Source of the DNA: a virus
Lineage: Duplodnaviria > Caudoviricetes
Virus record (IMG/VR): IMGVR_UViG_3300015249_000003
Span: 1-25,631 of that record
Direction: 5' to 3' (one strand)
Length of the DNA stretch: 25,631 nucleotides
The notes under the pieces are model-generated. The model was not told where the DNA came from. It was given only the letters and a program-made list of their open reading frames with translations, and searched no databases. Numbering within the stretch: the stretch's first letter is position 1; every line of letters begins with the position of its first letter. Below are positions 15,684 through 24,332 of the stretch, in pieces. The position numbers and the translations under genes are program-made.

Positions 15684-18600
15684 TCTCGCTGCGCCGTATC
15701 TCGCGCACCGTACGCGCCTTGCGCAGTCGTCCGCGGCGGATGAGTTGCTCTCACGGGTTCGCGGCAACAAGGCCGCCCCTGTGGCTCCTGCGACCGATCC
15801 CACGCAAAGCTCCGACCTGACGCTGTCGAATCTCATCACGGGCGAGCGACCTAAGCAGAACGCCGCGGTCCGCACGGCGAAGGACATCGGCCTTGGGGTC
15901 GTGGAAACACCCCGGGCGGTCGTGAAGGGCATTCGTGATGCTTACCAGAGCACGATCGATATCGGCGCCGAGCTTGGTGGCTGGCTGGAAGAGCACAACC
16001 TTGGCGGTGGGGTCATCATCGATCAGGAGGGCGTGAGGTTCGCCTCGGGTAAAGAGTTGGCCGCCGCGGATGTGATTCGTCCCGCGGACTACGAGCTGCC
16101 CGATATCGGTGCACCAAAGTCCGTCACGGGCGGCATCGTGAAGGGGGTCTCGCAGTTCCTCACCGGCATGAAGGGCGCGGGCAAGCTTCTGGATGTGGCT
16201 CACATCCCCACCGCCACGGGCGCGATGGCGTATGGCCGCGCGGCTATTCAAGGCGCCATCGCCAACTTCTCAGCCTTCGATGCGCATCAGAAACGCCTAT
16301 CGAATCTGGTGCAGGAATTCCCTGCTCTGCAGAATCCCGTCACCGAATACCTTGCGTCCGACCCAACGGACAACAAGGCCGAAGGGCGGTTCAAGAATGC
16401 CCTGGAAGGGGTGGGACTGGGGCTCATCACGGATGGGTTCTTCAAGGGCGTGAAGCTCGTTCGCGAGGCCGCTCGAGCTAGGGGGATTCTCGATCAGGCT
16501 GCGGCGGTTCCTGAGGCCGTCCCGTCGATGGATGATGCCTTTCGGCTGCTGGGTGATGATCCACGTGGAACATCCGCGGGGAAGGCTGGCACTCAAGAGG
16601 CGGCAGAAGCCCCGCTGGTGGGACTGAAAGCGGCCAAAGAGGTAGACCCCAAGGCGCTGGGGGAAGCGGTCGAGAAGCCGGAAGTCTTCATCAACTTTGG
16701 GCGCATCGATGCACCACAGGACGTCAAGACCGCTATCCAGCAGATGGCGGACTTGAACGCCGATAGCATCAAGACAGCCCAGCGAGGCGTGCAGACCTTC
16801 GAGCAGACCAAGCTCAACGCCAACCAGATCGATGCATGGAAGGTGCTTCAGACGCGACGGATGGGCGAGCCGTTCAACGCGGAGACGGCCCTCGCTGCAC
16901 GCCAGTTGTGGGCGACTTCGGGCGATCGGCTCACACAGCTTGCACAGATGGCGTCCGAAGCGCCTTCCGAAGCCAACCTTTTCGCTTTCCGCAAGATGCT
17001 CTCCGTCCATCACGCGATTCAGCAGGAAGTGATCGCGGCGCGCACAGAGACCGCCAGAGCACTGTCCTCATGGCGTATTCCGGCCGGCGCTGGCAAGGAA
17101 CGACTCCTGAATATTGAAGGCATTCTTGCGCAGAATGGCGGCACAGACGTGTCTCGTGAACTGGCAGCGCGAGTCGCTGCGCTCGGTAAAGCTGGAATGG
17201 TGCGCGAGATGACCGAGGTCGTGGAACGTACGGCCTACGCCAAAACACGTGACGCTGTGCTGGAGGGCTGGATAAACGGGATCCTGAGCAATCCCCCGAC
17301 GCACATCGTCAACACGATGTCGAACTCGCTCACCATCGCTCTACGGATGGGCGAGCGCGCGGTGGGCGGAAAGATTGCGCGCATGCTGGGGGATGAGAAC
17401 AGCGTCGCGGCGGGAGAGGCCGCCCAGCAATGGTTCGGCATGACGCAGGGACTGAAGGACGCGTTTCGCTACGCCTACAAGTCAGCTCGGACCGGTGAGT
17501 CTGGTTTCGGTATTGGGAAGCTCGAGACCGCGCGAGAGGGCTCGATCACGTCTGAGGCGTTTGGCCTGTCGTCCTCGGGCTTCCTCGGCCGCTCAACCGA
17601 CATGCTGGGGTCGGTCGTTCGCATCCCAGGCCGGGCGTTGACCGCAGAGGACGAGTTCTTCAAGACGCTCGGCTATCGCATGGAGCTCAACGCCCAGGCG
17701 CTGCGTCAGGCGATGGGTGAGGTGAACGCCGGACAACTCGCAGGAACTGACATCAAACAGCGCATCGCCGAGCTGATCCAGACACCGCCGGAGAATCTGA
17801 AGCTCGCCGCGATTGATGCCGCAACGTACCAGACGTTCACCAACACACCCGGGAAGCTCGCTCAGCATATCGGCCAGATTACGAGCGAATACCCTGCGCT
17901 GAAGGTGATTCTGCCGTTCACCCGAACGCCGGCCAACATTCTGCGGTTTACCTTTGAGCGCACACCGCTTGCGCCGCTCATGAGCCAGTTCCGTCAGAAC
18001 ATCTCAGCGGGGGGTGCGCGGCGGGATTTGGCGTTAGCTCAGGTGGCCATCGGCACGACCGCCATGATGACCGCTGCCGACATGGCCATGAACGGCCAGG
18101 TATCCGGAGCGGGGCCGGCCGATCGCGGCACCAAGGCCGCCATGCAACGGCAGGGCTGGCAACCGTACTCGATGAAGATCGGCAAACGCTGGTACGCCTA
18201 CAACCGGCTCGATCCGGTCGGCTCTCTCTTTGGCATGTCCGCGGATGTGGTCAACACGCTTCAGAACGCCCAGCACGAAGCGGTAGATGATGCGGACACC
18301 GAGAAACTGGCGGTTGCCACAGCTATGGCTATCGCTGGGAACATGGTCAACAAGACGTATCTATCTGGGCTCTCATCGATCTTCGAAGCGATGGCGGACC
18401 CGCAGCAATACTCCGAAGCCACGATCCAGCGCATGGTGGGCTCTGTCATCCCAGCTGTGGCCGCGAATGTCTCTCGCCAGATGGACCCGTACCAGAGACA
18501 GGTCTACTCGATGCTCGACCAATTGAAAGCCCGCACTCCAGGGCTTTCGAAGGATCTTCCGCCGCGCCTGAACTTGTGGGGCGAGCCGCTCACGTACGAA

Positions 18601-19059
18601 AGCGGTCTTGGAAAGGCTTACGACTTTTTCTCGCCGGTCTACACGAAGGAAGGCTCCAACGAGCCCATCGACGCCGAGCTTCTGCGATTGGAGTCCAACA
18701 TCAGCATGCCGCGCAAGCGCACGAGCTTCAACGGCGCAACCGTGGATCTGACGCAGTACCCGAAGGCTTATTCGCGTTACGTGGAACTGGCCGGGAACGA
18801 GCTGAAGCATCCCGCGTGGAATCTCGGCGCAAAGGATCTGCTGAATCAGATCGTGAGCGGCGAGCACCCGTTGTCGGCCGTCTACCAGATCCGCAGCGAT
18901 GGCCCAGAGGGCGGCAAGGATCTGTACATCAAAAGCATCATCCGCGATTACCAGGACCTTGCGCGCACGCAGTTGCTCGAAGAATTCCCCGAGATCGCCG
19001 ATCAGGTTGGCGTCAAGAAAGAACGGCAGCGGGAAATCCGCATGCCCACGATAGGGTGA
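15673..19059 (+). CDS. Large internal virion (ejection) protein, gp16-like
   Basis: 1128 aa, Ala-rich and helical; motifs PF.RTPANI, GWQPYSMKIG, YNRLDP and LPPRLNLWGEP; located before the tailspike. Confidence 0.75.
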   Translation: MADDLAAPYLAHRTRLAQSSAADELLSRVRGNKAAPVAPATDPTQSSDLTLSNLITGERPKQNAAVRTAKDIGLGVVETPRAVVKGIRDAYQSTIDIGAELGGWLEEHNLGGGVIIDQEGVRFASGKELAAADVIRPADYELPDIGAPKSVTGGIVKGVSQFLTGMKGAGKLLDVAHIPTATGAMAYGRAAIQGAIANFSAFDAHQKRLSNLVQEFPALQNPVTEYLASDPTDNKAEGRFKNALEGVGLGLITDGFFKGVKLVREAARARGILDQAAAVPEAVPSMDDAFRLLGDDPRGTSAGKAGTQEAAEAPLVGLKAAKEVDPKALGEAVEKPEVFINFGRIDAPQDVKTAIQQMADLNADSIKTAQRGVQTFEQTKLNANQIDAWKVLQTRRMGEPFNAETALAARQLWATSGDRLTQLAQMASEAPSEANLFAFRKMLSVHHAIQQEVIAARTETARALSSWRIPAGAGKERLLNIEGILAQNGGTDVSRELAARVAALGKAGMVREMTEVVERTAYAKTRDAVLEGWINGILSNPPTHIVNTMSNSLTIALRMGERAVGGKIARMLGDENSVAAGEAAQQWFGMTQGLKDAFRYAYKSARTGESGFGIGKLETAREGSITSEAFGLSSSGFLGRSTDMLGSVVRIPGRALTAEDEFFKTLGYRMELNAQALRQAMGEVNAGQLAGTDIKQRIAELIQTPPENLKLAAIDAATYQTFTNTPGKLAQHIGQITSEYPALKVILPFTRTPANILRFTFERTPLAPLMSQFRQNISAGGARRDLALAQVAIGTTAMMTAADMAMNGQVSGAGPADRGTKAAMQRQGWQPYSMKIGKRWYAYNRLDPVGSLFGMSADVVNTLQNAQHEAVDDADTEKLAVATAMAIAGNMVNKTYLSGLSSIFEAMADPQQYSEATIQRMVGSVIPAVAANVSRQMDPYQRQVYSMLDQLKARTPGLSKDLPPRLNLWGEPLTYESGLGKAYDFFSPVYTKEGSNEPIDAELLRLESNISMPRKRTSFNGATVDLTQYPKAYSRYVELAGNELKHPAWNLGAKDLLNQIVSGEHPLSAVYQIRSDGPEGGKDLYIKSIIRDYQDLARTQLLEEFPEIADQVGVKKERQREIRMPTIG

Positions 19060-19062
19060 TCT

Positions 19063-21099
19063 ATGACGGTTGAAGTGGATGACACAGTAGAGCGCTATAC
19101 CATCTCCGGTGTAGGTCCGTACGCTTTCAGCTTCCGCATCTTTGCGGAGACCGATATTGCGGTCACAGCTTGCAGCACGGCGACGCCAGCCGTTCCGACG
19201 CTACTCACATATCTGACTCACTACACCGTCGCGGGCGTAAACGATGCGGATGGCGGCACGGTCACGCTCGTTTCAGGCGTGGAGACCACGTACGCCGGCT
19301 ATACGCTGGACATCCGCAGCAACACGCCGAACACACAACCGACCAGTATCCGCGATCAGGGGCGCTTCTTACCTCAGATCCACGAGGATGCGTTCGACCA
19401 TCGCGAGCGCGAGATCCAGGACATGCGCCGCATCCTGCGCTCGTGCTTCCGGTATCCAGACAATGTGTTGAACGATGGTGAGATTGGCCCGCTTTCCTCC
19501 TGGGTGTCGAAATATCTGGCCATCAGCTCAGCCGGAGTGCTTGAGCCAGCCGTTCTGAGCTCTACAGCAGTCACGCCATCGATCATAACGGCGTTAATGG
19601 CGACCTCCACGGCGGATCAGGACGTACTGCTTGCTCTGCTGATGAATCGTTCCGACACCGCTCCAGCACTGACATCGCTCGTTCGCACCGCCGCCGAGAT
19701 CGCCGCCAGCGTGATGCCGGTCAACTACGCGTATGTGGAAGGCGTCATCAACCGCTACGGCCACAACACAACACCCGGCACCACTGACATGACGAGCGCG
19801 ATCCAGAACGCGCTGGCCGTGGCCCACAATGGAGCGGGTGTCGTGCGTGCATTGGGGGAAACGTACCTGACGGGCAATATAGACTGGCCGGGAAACAATC
19901 TGTCGCTCATCGGAACGGGATCTGCCTATTCGTACAACACATCGGCTGCGCCGAAAACGACCTTCAAGGCAAAGGCCGGCACAACCATTATTCTAGATCT
20001 GGTGCAAACCGGAGCCGCAGAAGATCGCACTGGGAATCATATTGTCGACATCGACTTCGATGGCAACTCAATCGCACTGGTCGGTATCGATTGCGCGGGC
20101 ACCAACATCATCGAGCGGTGCCGTGTGAGGCGCTGTACCGAAGCGGGTATCCGGCTTGAAAACTTCGTGAACTCCACACGCCTCATCAACTGCGGGCTGA
20201 ACAGCAACACCGGCTGGGGCCTGCATGCGCAGGGTGTTTCGGCCACTACTTTTTCCGTTGAGGGCTGTATCGTCTCGCTGAACACGCTGGGCGGGGTGAA
20301 CCTCGAGACAGGTGTGGTCGTTGATTTCCGTAATTGCGTGATCGAGTCCAATACAGGCCCAGGCTTGAGGATCTACCGATTAACGGCACACACGAATGCG
20401 ATGTCGCACTTCACGTTCGATAATTGCTGGTTCGAAGACAACGCAAGCACGGCACCCTTGTTCACCCTGGTAATCGACTCCCAAGCCGTGGGCGATACGT
20501 CGAAAGATCCCGAACACATCGTCTTCCGTAAATGCCGCATCTCCAGTGCGATATCCACGAGAAAGTATCTCAACATCAACGCCGCGAAAAACGTGACGTT
20601 CGATTCCTGCAAGTTCAACGGATCGACACAGACCGATGCACTCACGCTGGCTTCAACAGCCAACTTCGTGGCCTTCCTGGAGTGTGGCACGGGACTCATT
20701 TCGGGTGGTCTCACGGCCACGCAGCTCGACAATGCCATTGCGCAAGGCACCCGCTGCTATGCGAGTGACCGGGATGTGAAACGCGTGGTAGGGGCTGGTG
20801 CGCCTGCCGCGGCCTTTACCAATTCGTGGGTCAACGAGGGCGGGTCGTATCCGGATGCGAAGTACTGGTTCGACCGGAACGGGGACGTGCATCTGGAGGG
20901 GACGATTCAGACAGGGACGATCACCGCCTCAGCCTTTACGCTTCCCGTGGGGTATCGTCCGCCCAAGGCGATCAATTTCGCCGTGGACTCAAACTTCGCG
21001 TACGCGGCCTGTATCGTCAATGCGGCGGGTACCGTCATCCCACAGGTCGGATCTAACGCGTTGTTCAGCCTCAATGGAATTTGCTTCAAGACCGGATGA
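19063..21099 (+). CDS. Tailspike / tail fibre with a parallel beta-helix (putative depolymerase)
   Basis: T7 gp17-like anchor (YAFSFRIF..TDIAV, YTV.GV, F.P.IHEDAFD), a TDMTSAIQNAL helix cap, FRNCVIE/FDNCWFE/FDSCKF rungs, and a C-terminal FTLPVGYRP domain. Confidence 0.88.
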   Translation: MTVEVDDTVERYTISGVGPYAFSFRIFAETDIAVTACSTATPAVPTLLTYLTHYTVAGVNDADGGTVTLVSGVETTYAGYTLDIRSNTPNTQPTSIRDQGRFLPQIHEDAFDHREREIQDMRRILRSCFRYPDNVLNDGEIGPLSSWVSKYLAISSAGVLEPAVLSSTAVTPSIITALMATSTADQDVLLALLMNRSDTAPALTSLVRTAAEIAASVMPVNYAYVEGVINRYGHNTTPGTTDMTSAIQNALAVAHNGAGVVRALGETYLTGNIDWPGNNLSLIGTGSAYSYNTSAAPKTTFKAKAGTTIILDLVQTGAAEDRTGNHIVDIDFDGNSIALVGIDCAGTNIIERCRVRRCTEAGIRLENFVNSTRLINCGLNSNTGWGLHAQGVSATTFSVEGCIVSLNTLGGVNLETGVVVDFRNCVIESNTGPGLRIYRLTAHTNAMSHFTFDNCWFEDNASTAPLFTLVIDSQAVGDTSKDPEHIVFRKCRISSAISTRKYLNINAAKNVTFDSCKFNGSTQTDALTLASTANFVAFLECGTGLISGGLTATQLDNAIAQGTRCYASDRDVKRVVGAGAPAAAFTNSWVNEGGSYPDAKYWFDRNGDVHLEGTIQTGTITASAFTLPVGYRPPKAINFAVDSNFAYAACIVNAAGTVIPQVGSNALFSLNGICFKTG

Positions 21100-21107
21100 G
21101 GAATGAC

Positions 21108-21545
21108 ATGAGCGAACAGGCGCAGGAAGAGCATCCGTGGAATTTCGAGCGCAAACCCGAGAGCGACACTACGGTGCTGCGCTTTGAGGTCGATGGTCTG
21201 AAGGCCAAGGTCGAGGACATCCTGGTCAAGACAAGCGATGTCGCCGCGACCGCAATGAAGGCCGTCAAGCACGTGATGGGCATGACGACCCCAGAGCGCG
21301 GAGCGGATGATTACGAGCATGATGCAAACTATGAGCGCGGCCGGCGCGATGGCGAGCGAAGCGTTCCGCGAAACTTCGGTGGCGTGAACGGCAGCAGTAA
21401 TGGCTGGACTGCATGGGTTCTTGGGATCGTGGGTGTGCTCATCGCTGCAAGCGTGCTTGGCCTGACGTCCGCCATGTTCACAATGTCGCAGAAGGTCGCA
21501 AGCCTCGAGGCGAAGGTCGACATCATCCTGGCGAGTCGCAAATGA
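21108..21545 (+). CDS. Hypothetical membrane protein (single TM near the C-terminus)
   Basis: SD GAGGA; hydrophobic WVLGIVGVLIAASVLGL followed by a short coiled coil. An alternative start lies at 21096. Confidence 0.65.
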   Translation: MSEQAQEEHPWNFERKPESDTTVLRFEVDGLKAKVEDILVKTSDVAATAMKAVKHVMGMTTPERGADDYEHDANYERGRRDGERSVPRNFGGVNGSSNGWTAWVLGIVGVLIAASVLGLTSAMFTMSQKVASLEAKVDIILASRK

Positions 21546-21859
21546 ACGAGCCTGATACGGGCCACGCTCACGCCCAGAGCCGAGACACGAATCCTGACTT
21601 CAGGGGAGCGCACGGCGTCATCATGCAGGTGGAGACCCTAGGGAAGGGTGTAGCCGCGGTACTTATTGGCGGCGTGCTGCTCGCGATTCTTCTGGCCGGA
21701 ATGGCGTACTCTCGCACAGATGTCGCTATCGAACAGGCCCGCGTGGCAGAGAGAGAGACGAAGCTTGCGCGCGAGGACATCCGTGTGATGTCGATCGCGC
21801 TGGCGCGACATGGTGTAAGCACCGACGAACACTCTATCGAAACAGGAGAGACGAAATGA
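21542..21859 (+). CDS. Hypothetical membrane protein (single TM plus coiled coil)
   Basis: ATGA overlaps at both ends; TM segment GVAAVLIGGVLLAILLAGMAY. Confidence 0.7.
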   Translation: MNEPDTGHAHAQSRDTNPDFRGAHGVIMQVETLGKGVAAVLIGGVLLAILLAGMAYSRTDVAIEQARVAERETKLAREDIRVMSIALARHGVSTDEHSIETGETK

Positions 21860-22044
21860 CGCACCGCGTGGTAATTAGCAGCAAGATCGCGGAGATATTC
21901 GCCGAGTCCGAGGTGCGCGCGCAGCTTGCGCCGGCGCAGTTGACGAAAGTCGATCAGATTTGCAACGGCACACAGCCGTGCGCAGATCAGGACTTTCGTT
22001 ACCTACAGCGTAGATTGGCGCAGGCATACTGCACGGACGACTGA
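21856..22044 (+). CDS. Hypothetical 62-aa protein
   Basis: SD AGGAG; ATGA coupling upstream and TGATG coupling downstream. Confidence 0.65.
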   Translation: MTHRVVISSKIAEIFAESEVRAQLAPAQLTKVDQICNGTQPCADQDFRYLQRRLAQAYCTDD

Positions 22045-22217
22045 TGGAAGCCATCCTCGCCATCACCCTGATCGTGTTGTTCGTCGTGGTCCTGTGGGTC
22101 ATCCACTTAAGGACCGAGGTTGGGCAACTTAAGAGCCTGCGCGACGATCTGCATGACAGGGTAGTGGCGTTGGATCGCAAGGTTGAGCAAATGACGAAGT
22201 GGCAGGGCGGACGGTGA
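22044..22217 (+). CDS. 57-aa protein: N-terminal TM plus coiled coil
   Basis: Translation MEAILAITLIVLFVVVLWVIHLRTEVGQLKSLRDDLHDRVVALDRKVEQMTKWQGGR*. TGATG coupling; absent from the ORF track. Confidence 0.7.
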   Translation: MEAILAITLIVLFVVVLWVIHLRTEVGQLKSLRDDLHDRVVALDRKVEQMTKWQGGR

Positions 22218-22221
22218 GCGG

Positions 22222-22590
22222 ATGGCTGAGAATCGAGAGCTTATTTCTCTGCGCGAGTACGTCGATATCCGTTTCGATGCGCAGGAGAAGGCGGTCCAGT
22301 CCGCTTTGGCTTCCGCGGATCGCGCGGTCGCCAAGGCGGAGTCGGCTTCCGACAAGCGCTTCGATGGGGTCAACGAATTCAGATCCTCACTCAACGATCA
22401 GACGCGCACGCTCATGCCGCGCGCCGAGTACGAACAGGCCATGCGGGCAATGAACGAGAAGATCGACATTCTCACCGCCCGAGTGAACACGCGGGATGAT
22501 CGTGGCCGTGGGATAGGTGATTTCGCAGGTTGGATTGTCGCTGTAGCTGGAGTGCTCCTCGCCATTGTGGCGCTACTTTGGAAACGATAA
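22222..22590 (+). CDS. Coiled-coil protein with a C-terminal TM anchor (lysis-associated?)
   Basis: Helical body followed by GWIVAVAGVLLAIVALLWKR; its stop abuts the endolysin ATG. Confidence 0.75.
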   Translation: MAENRELISLREYVDIRFDAQEKAVQSALASADRAVAKAESASDKRFDGVNEFRSSLNDQTRTLMPRAEYEQAMRAMNEKIDILTARVNTRDDRGRGIGDFAGWIVAVAGVLLAIVALLWKR

Positions 22591-23031
22591 ATGAGTGTCG
22601 CAACGGTCAATGTCGTGATGCCCCGACTTATGGAAGAGGAGGGATTCCGAGCCAAGGCATACGTAGACACGAACGGCCATCAGACCATCGGATATGGCTT
22701 CAACATCGACGCGGGAATCAGCAGGCTGGCGGCTGAGCGGCTGGCCCGCGCGCAGGCTGAGGAGCTAGATGCCTCGTTGACTGCCTTCCCCTGGTACGCA
22801 GCGCTCGACTACGTGCGTCAGTCTGCCGTGCTTGACATGGCCTTTAATCTTGGCATGGGCGGCCTGCTCAGGTTCCCAAACATGATTGCCGCGCTCACCC
22901 GGAAGGATTGGGCGGCAGCCGCAAAGGAGTGCCATGTGAAGGACCCGAAGCTTGCGAAGCGTTACGAGAGGCTCGCCTACATTCTGGAGCATGGGACAAC
23001 GATCGGTCCTGACAGGATGCCGATTACGTGA
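22591..23031 (+). CDS. Endolysin, T4-lysozyme-like (GH24)
   Basis: Catalytic triad E17-x8-D26-x5-T32 (EGFRAKAYVDTNGHQTIGYG) and DMAFNLG. No obvious SAR domain. Confidence 0.92.
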   Translation: MSVATVNVVMPRLMEEEGFRAKAYVDTNGHQTIGYGFNIDAGISRLAAERLARAQAEELDASLTAFPWYAALDYVRQSAVLDMAFNLGMGGLLRFPNMIAALTRKDWAAAAKECHVKDPKLAKRYERLAYILEHGTTIGPDRMPIT

Positions 23032-23363
23032 ACGACCTGTTCACCGCAACCGCTCAGCGCAATATCACCATGATCTGGCTGGTCGGGTTCTTCGCCATCA
23101 TTACGGCGCAGGGGCTGGGTTTCCTCAAGAGTGTGCCAAATGACATTTACACACTGACCGCTGTCGTCCTGTTTTTCTGGTTCAACCGTTCCCGCCAGGG
23201 ACAGGCGCCCGACCCTGAGCGCACGACAGTTACTCAAACCACGGAGAGCGTCACCACGCCTTCCAAACCGGAGACTCTTCCCCATGCAAACCCACCGACT
23301 CTACCTGCTGCCGGCCCTGCTCCTGATGACCCTGATGATGTCCTGCGCCGCGCTGGACCTTGA
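23028..23363 (+). CDS. Putative class II holin (2 TM) with a Pro/Thr-rich tail
   Basis: GTGA overlap with the endolysin; TMs ITMIWLVGFFAIITA and IYTLTAVVLFFWF, followed by a hydrophilic tail. Confidence 0.6.
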   Translation: MNDLFTATAQRNITMIWLVGFFAIITAQGLGFLKSVPNDIYTLTAVVLFFWFNRSRQGQAPDPERTTVTQTTESVTTPSKPETLPHANPPTLPAAGPAPDDPDDVLRRAGP

Positions 23364-23631
23364 GCAGCCCAAGACTTTCAACGAACGTCTCGCGGCCGGG
23401 TACACCACCGTCACTTCCGTCCGTGACTTGACGGGCTCGTTGCTTCAGGCGGACAAAATCACACCCGAAGATGCGCAGCAGTCTCAGAACCAGGCCGATA
23501 ATGCTCGAGCAGGACTCGACATCGCTCGTTCCGTCCACGCAACCGACCCAACCGCGGGTGACGCAAAGCTCGGCTCTATCATCACGGCCCTCAACGCGCT
23601 GAGCGGCTACCTCATCTCCAGGAGCAAATAG
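23284..23631 (+). CDS. Putative lipoprotein (spanin position)
   Basis: SD GGAG; signal MQTHRLYLLPALLLMTLMMS-C21 (imperfect lipobox); helical mature domain. Confidence 0.7.
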   Translation: MQTHRLYLLPALLLMTLMMSCAALDLEQPKTFNERLAAGYTTVTSVRDLTGSLLQADKITPEDAQQSQNQADNARAGLDIARSVHATDPTAGDAKLGSIITALNALSGYLISRSK

Positions 23632-23633
23632 CC

Positions 23634-23828
23634 ATGACAAACGCGCTCGTACTCGTTCAGCTGCTGACGCAGGGCCTGACGCAGCTGCAGGGCTTTGGAG
23701 CCTTGCTCGCCAAGGCGCACTCCGAAGGCCGGGATGTCACGGACGCCGAGCTCGACGCTTGCACAGCGGCGGATGACGCGGCTCGCGCGCGTCTTCAGGC
23801 GCTCATCGACGCCAAGAAGGGGAAGTAG
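23634..23828 (+). CDS. 64-aa protein with an apolar/amphipathic N-terminal helix
   Basis: SD AGGAG; begins MTNALVLVQLLTQGLTQLQGFGALLAKA, followed by a charged helix. Confidence 0.7.
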   Translation: MTNALVLVQLLTQGLTQLQGFGALLAKAHSEGRDVTDAELDACTAADDAARARLQALIDAKKGK

Positions 23829-23830
23829 TC

Positions 23831-23974
23831 ATGACCTGGCAGCTCGTTCTGCTTGTCTTCGCGTTCGTGCTCTTCGTGCTCGCGGCCCTGAACGTGCCAT
23901 CGTCTCGCGTGAATCTCGGCTGGGCCGGGATGGCCTGCGTGGCAGCTTATTGGCTGTTCGCGCGCGCGGTGTGA
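23831..23974 (+). CDS. 47-aa two-TM micro membrane protein
   Basis: Translation MTWQLVLLVFAFVLFVLAALNVPSSRVNLGWAGMACVAAYWLFARAV*. It starts 2 nt after the upstream stop and is absent from the ORF track. Confidence 0.7.
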   Translation: MTWQLVLLVFAFVLFVLAALNVPSSRVNLGWAGMACVAAYWLFARAV

Positions 23975-24028
23975 CAGGGTCGATTTATGCTGCCCAAGAG
24001 GCGCCTGTTAACCCTTCGGAGAAGCATC

Positions 24029-24148
24029 ATGGCAAACCCCAATCAGCCGAATCAGCCCGATCACAACAAGCCCGCCCAACCTGCCGATCCAGCCCACCCG
24101 GGCGAAACCGAAGAGCAGCGCAAAGAGCGCGAGCGCCAGAATCGGTAA
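24029..24148 (+). CDS. 39-aa hydrophilic low-complexity peptide
   Basis: SD GGAG; translation MANPNQPNQPDHNKPAQPADPAHPGETEEQRKERERQNR*. Confidence 0.55.
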   Translation: MANPNQPNQPDHNKPAQPADPAHPGETEEQRKERERQNR

Positions 24149-24182
24149 CGGCTGAGGCCATCCCGCCTGCCGGAGAGAGTCC

Positions 24183-24332
24183 CTACCAGGAAGGACGCGG
24201 AGACTCTCGTGACAGCTTTGCGCGTCCTTCCTCTATGCGGCAGAGCTTCGTCCAGACGTGCTTTCTGACGAGGTGCCAGGAGCCGTGCTTTGCTCGTATG
24301 CCGGCCGGGAGGGGGAGGTTTTCTTCCTGCAT
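24183..24332 (-). pseudogene. N-terminal stub of a phage tyrosine integrase
   Basis: MQEENLPLPAGIRAKHGSWHLVRKHVWTKLCRIEEGRAKL resembles the LP....KHG.(W/Y)..V....W..L N-terminus of integrases paired with DUF4224-type genes. It stops after 49 aa and no catalytic domain is evident. Confidence 0.55.

Noticed and set aside
9252-21541. Longer ORF-track starts (9252, 10483, 13178, 21081, 21413)
   Set aside because: They overlap upstream genes extensively. Coupled or SD-supported starts at 9405, 10540, 13247, 21108 and 21542 fit better.
19063-21545. Diversity-generating retroelement, as in BPP-1
   Set aside because: No reverse transcriptase and no TR/VR repeat pair are visible, and the receptor-binding protein is a beta-helix spike rather than an Mtd-like lectin. 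A DGR outside the window cannot be excluded.
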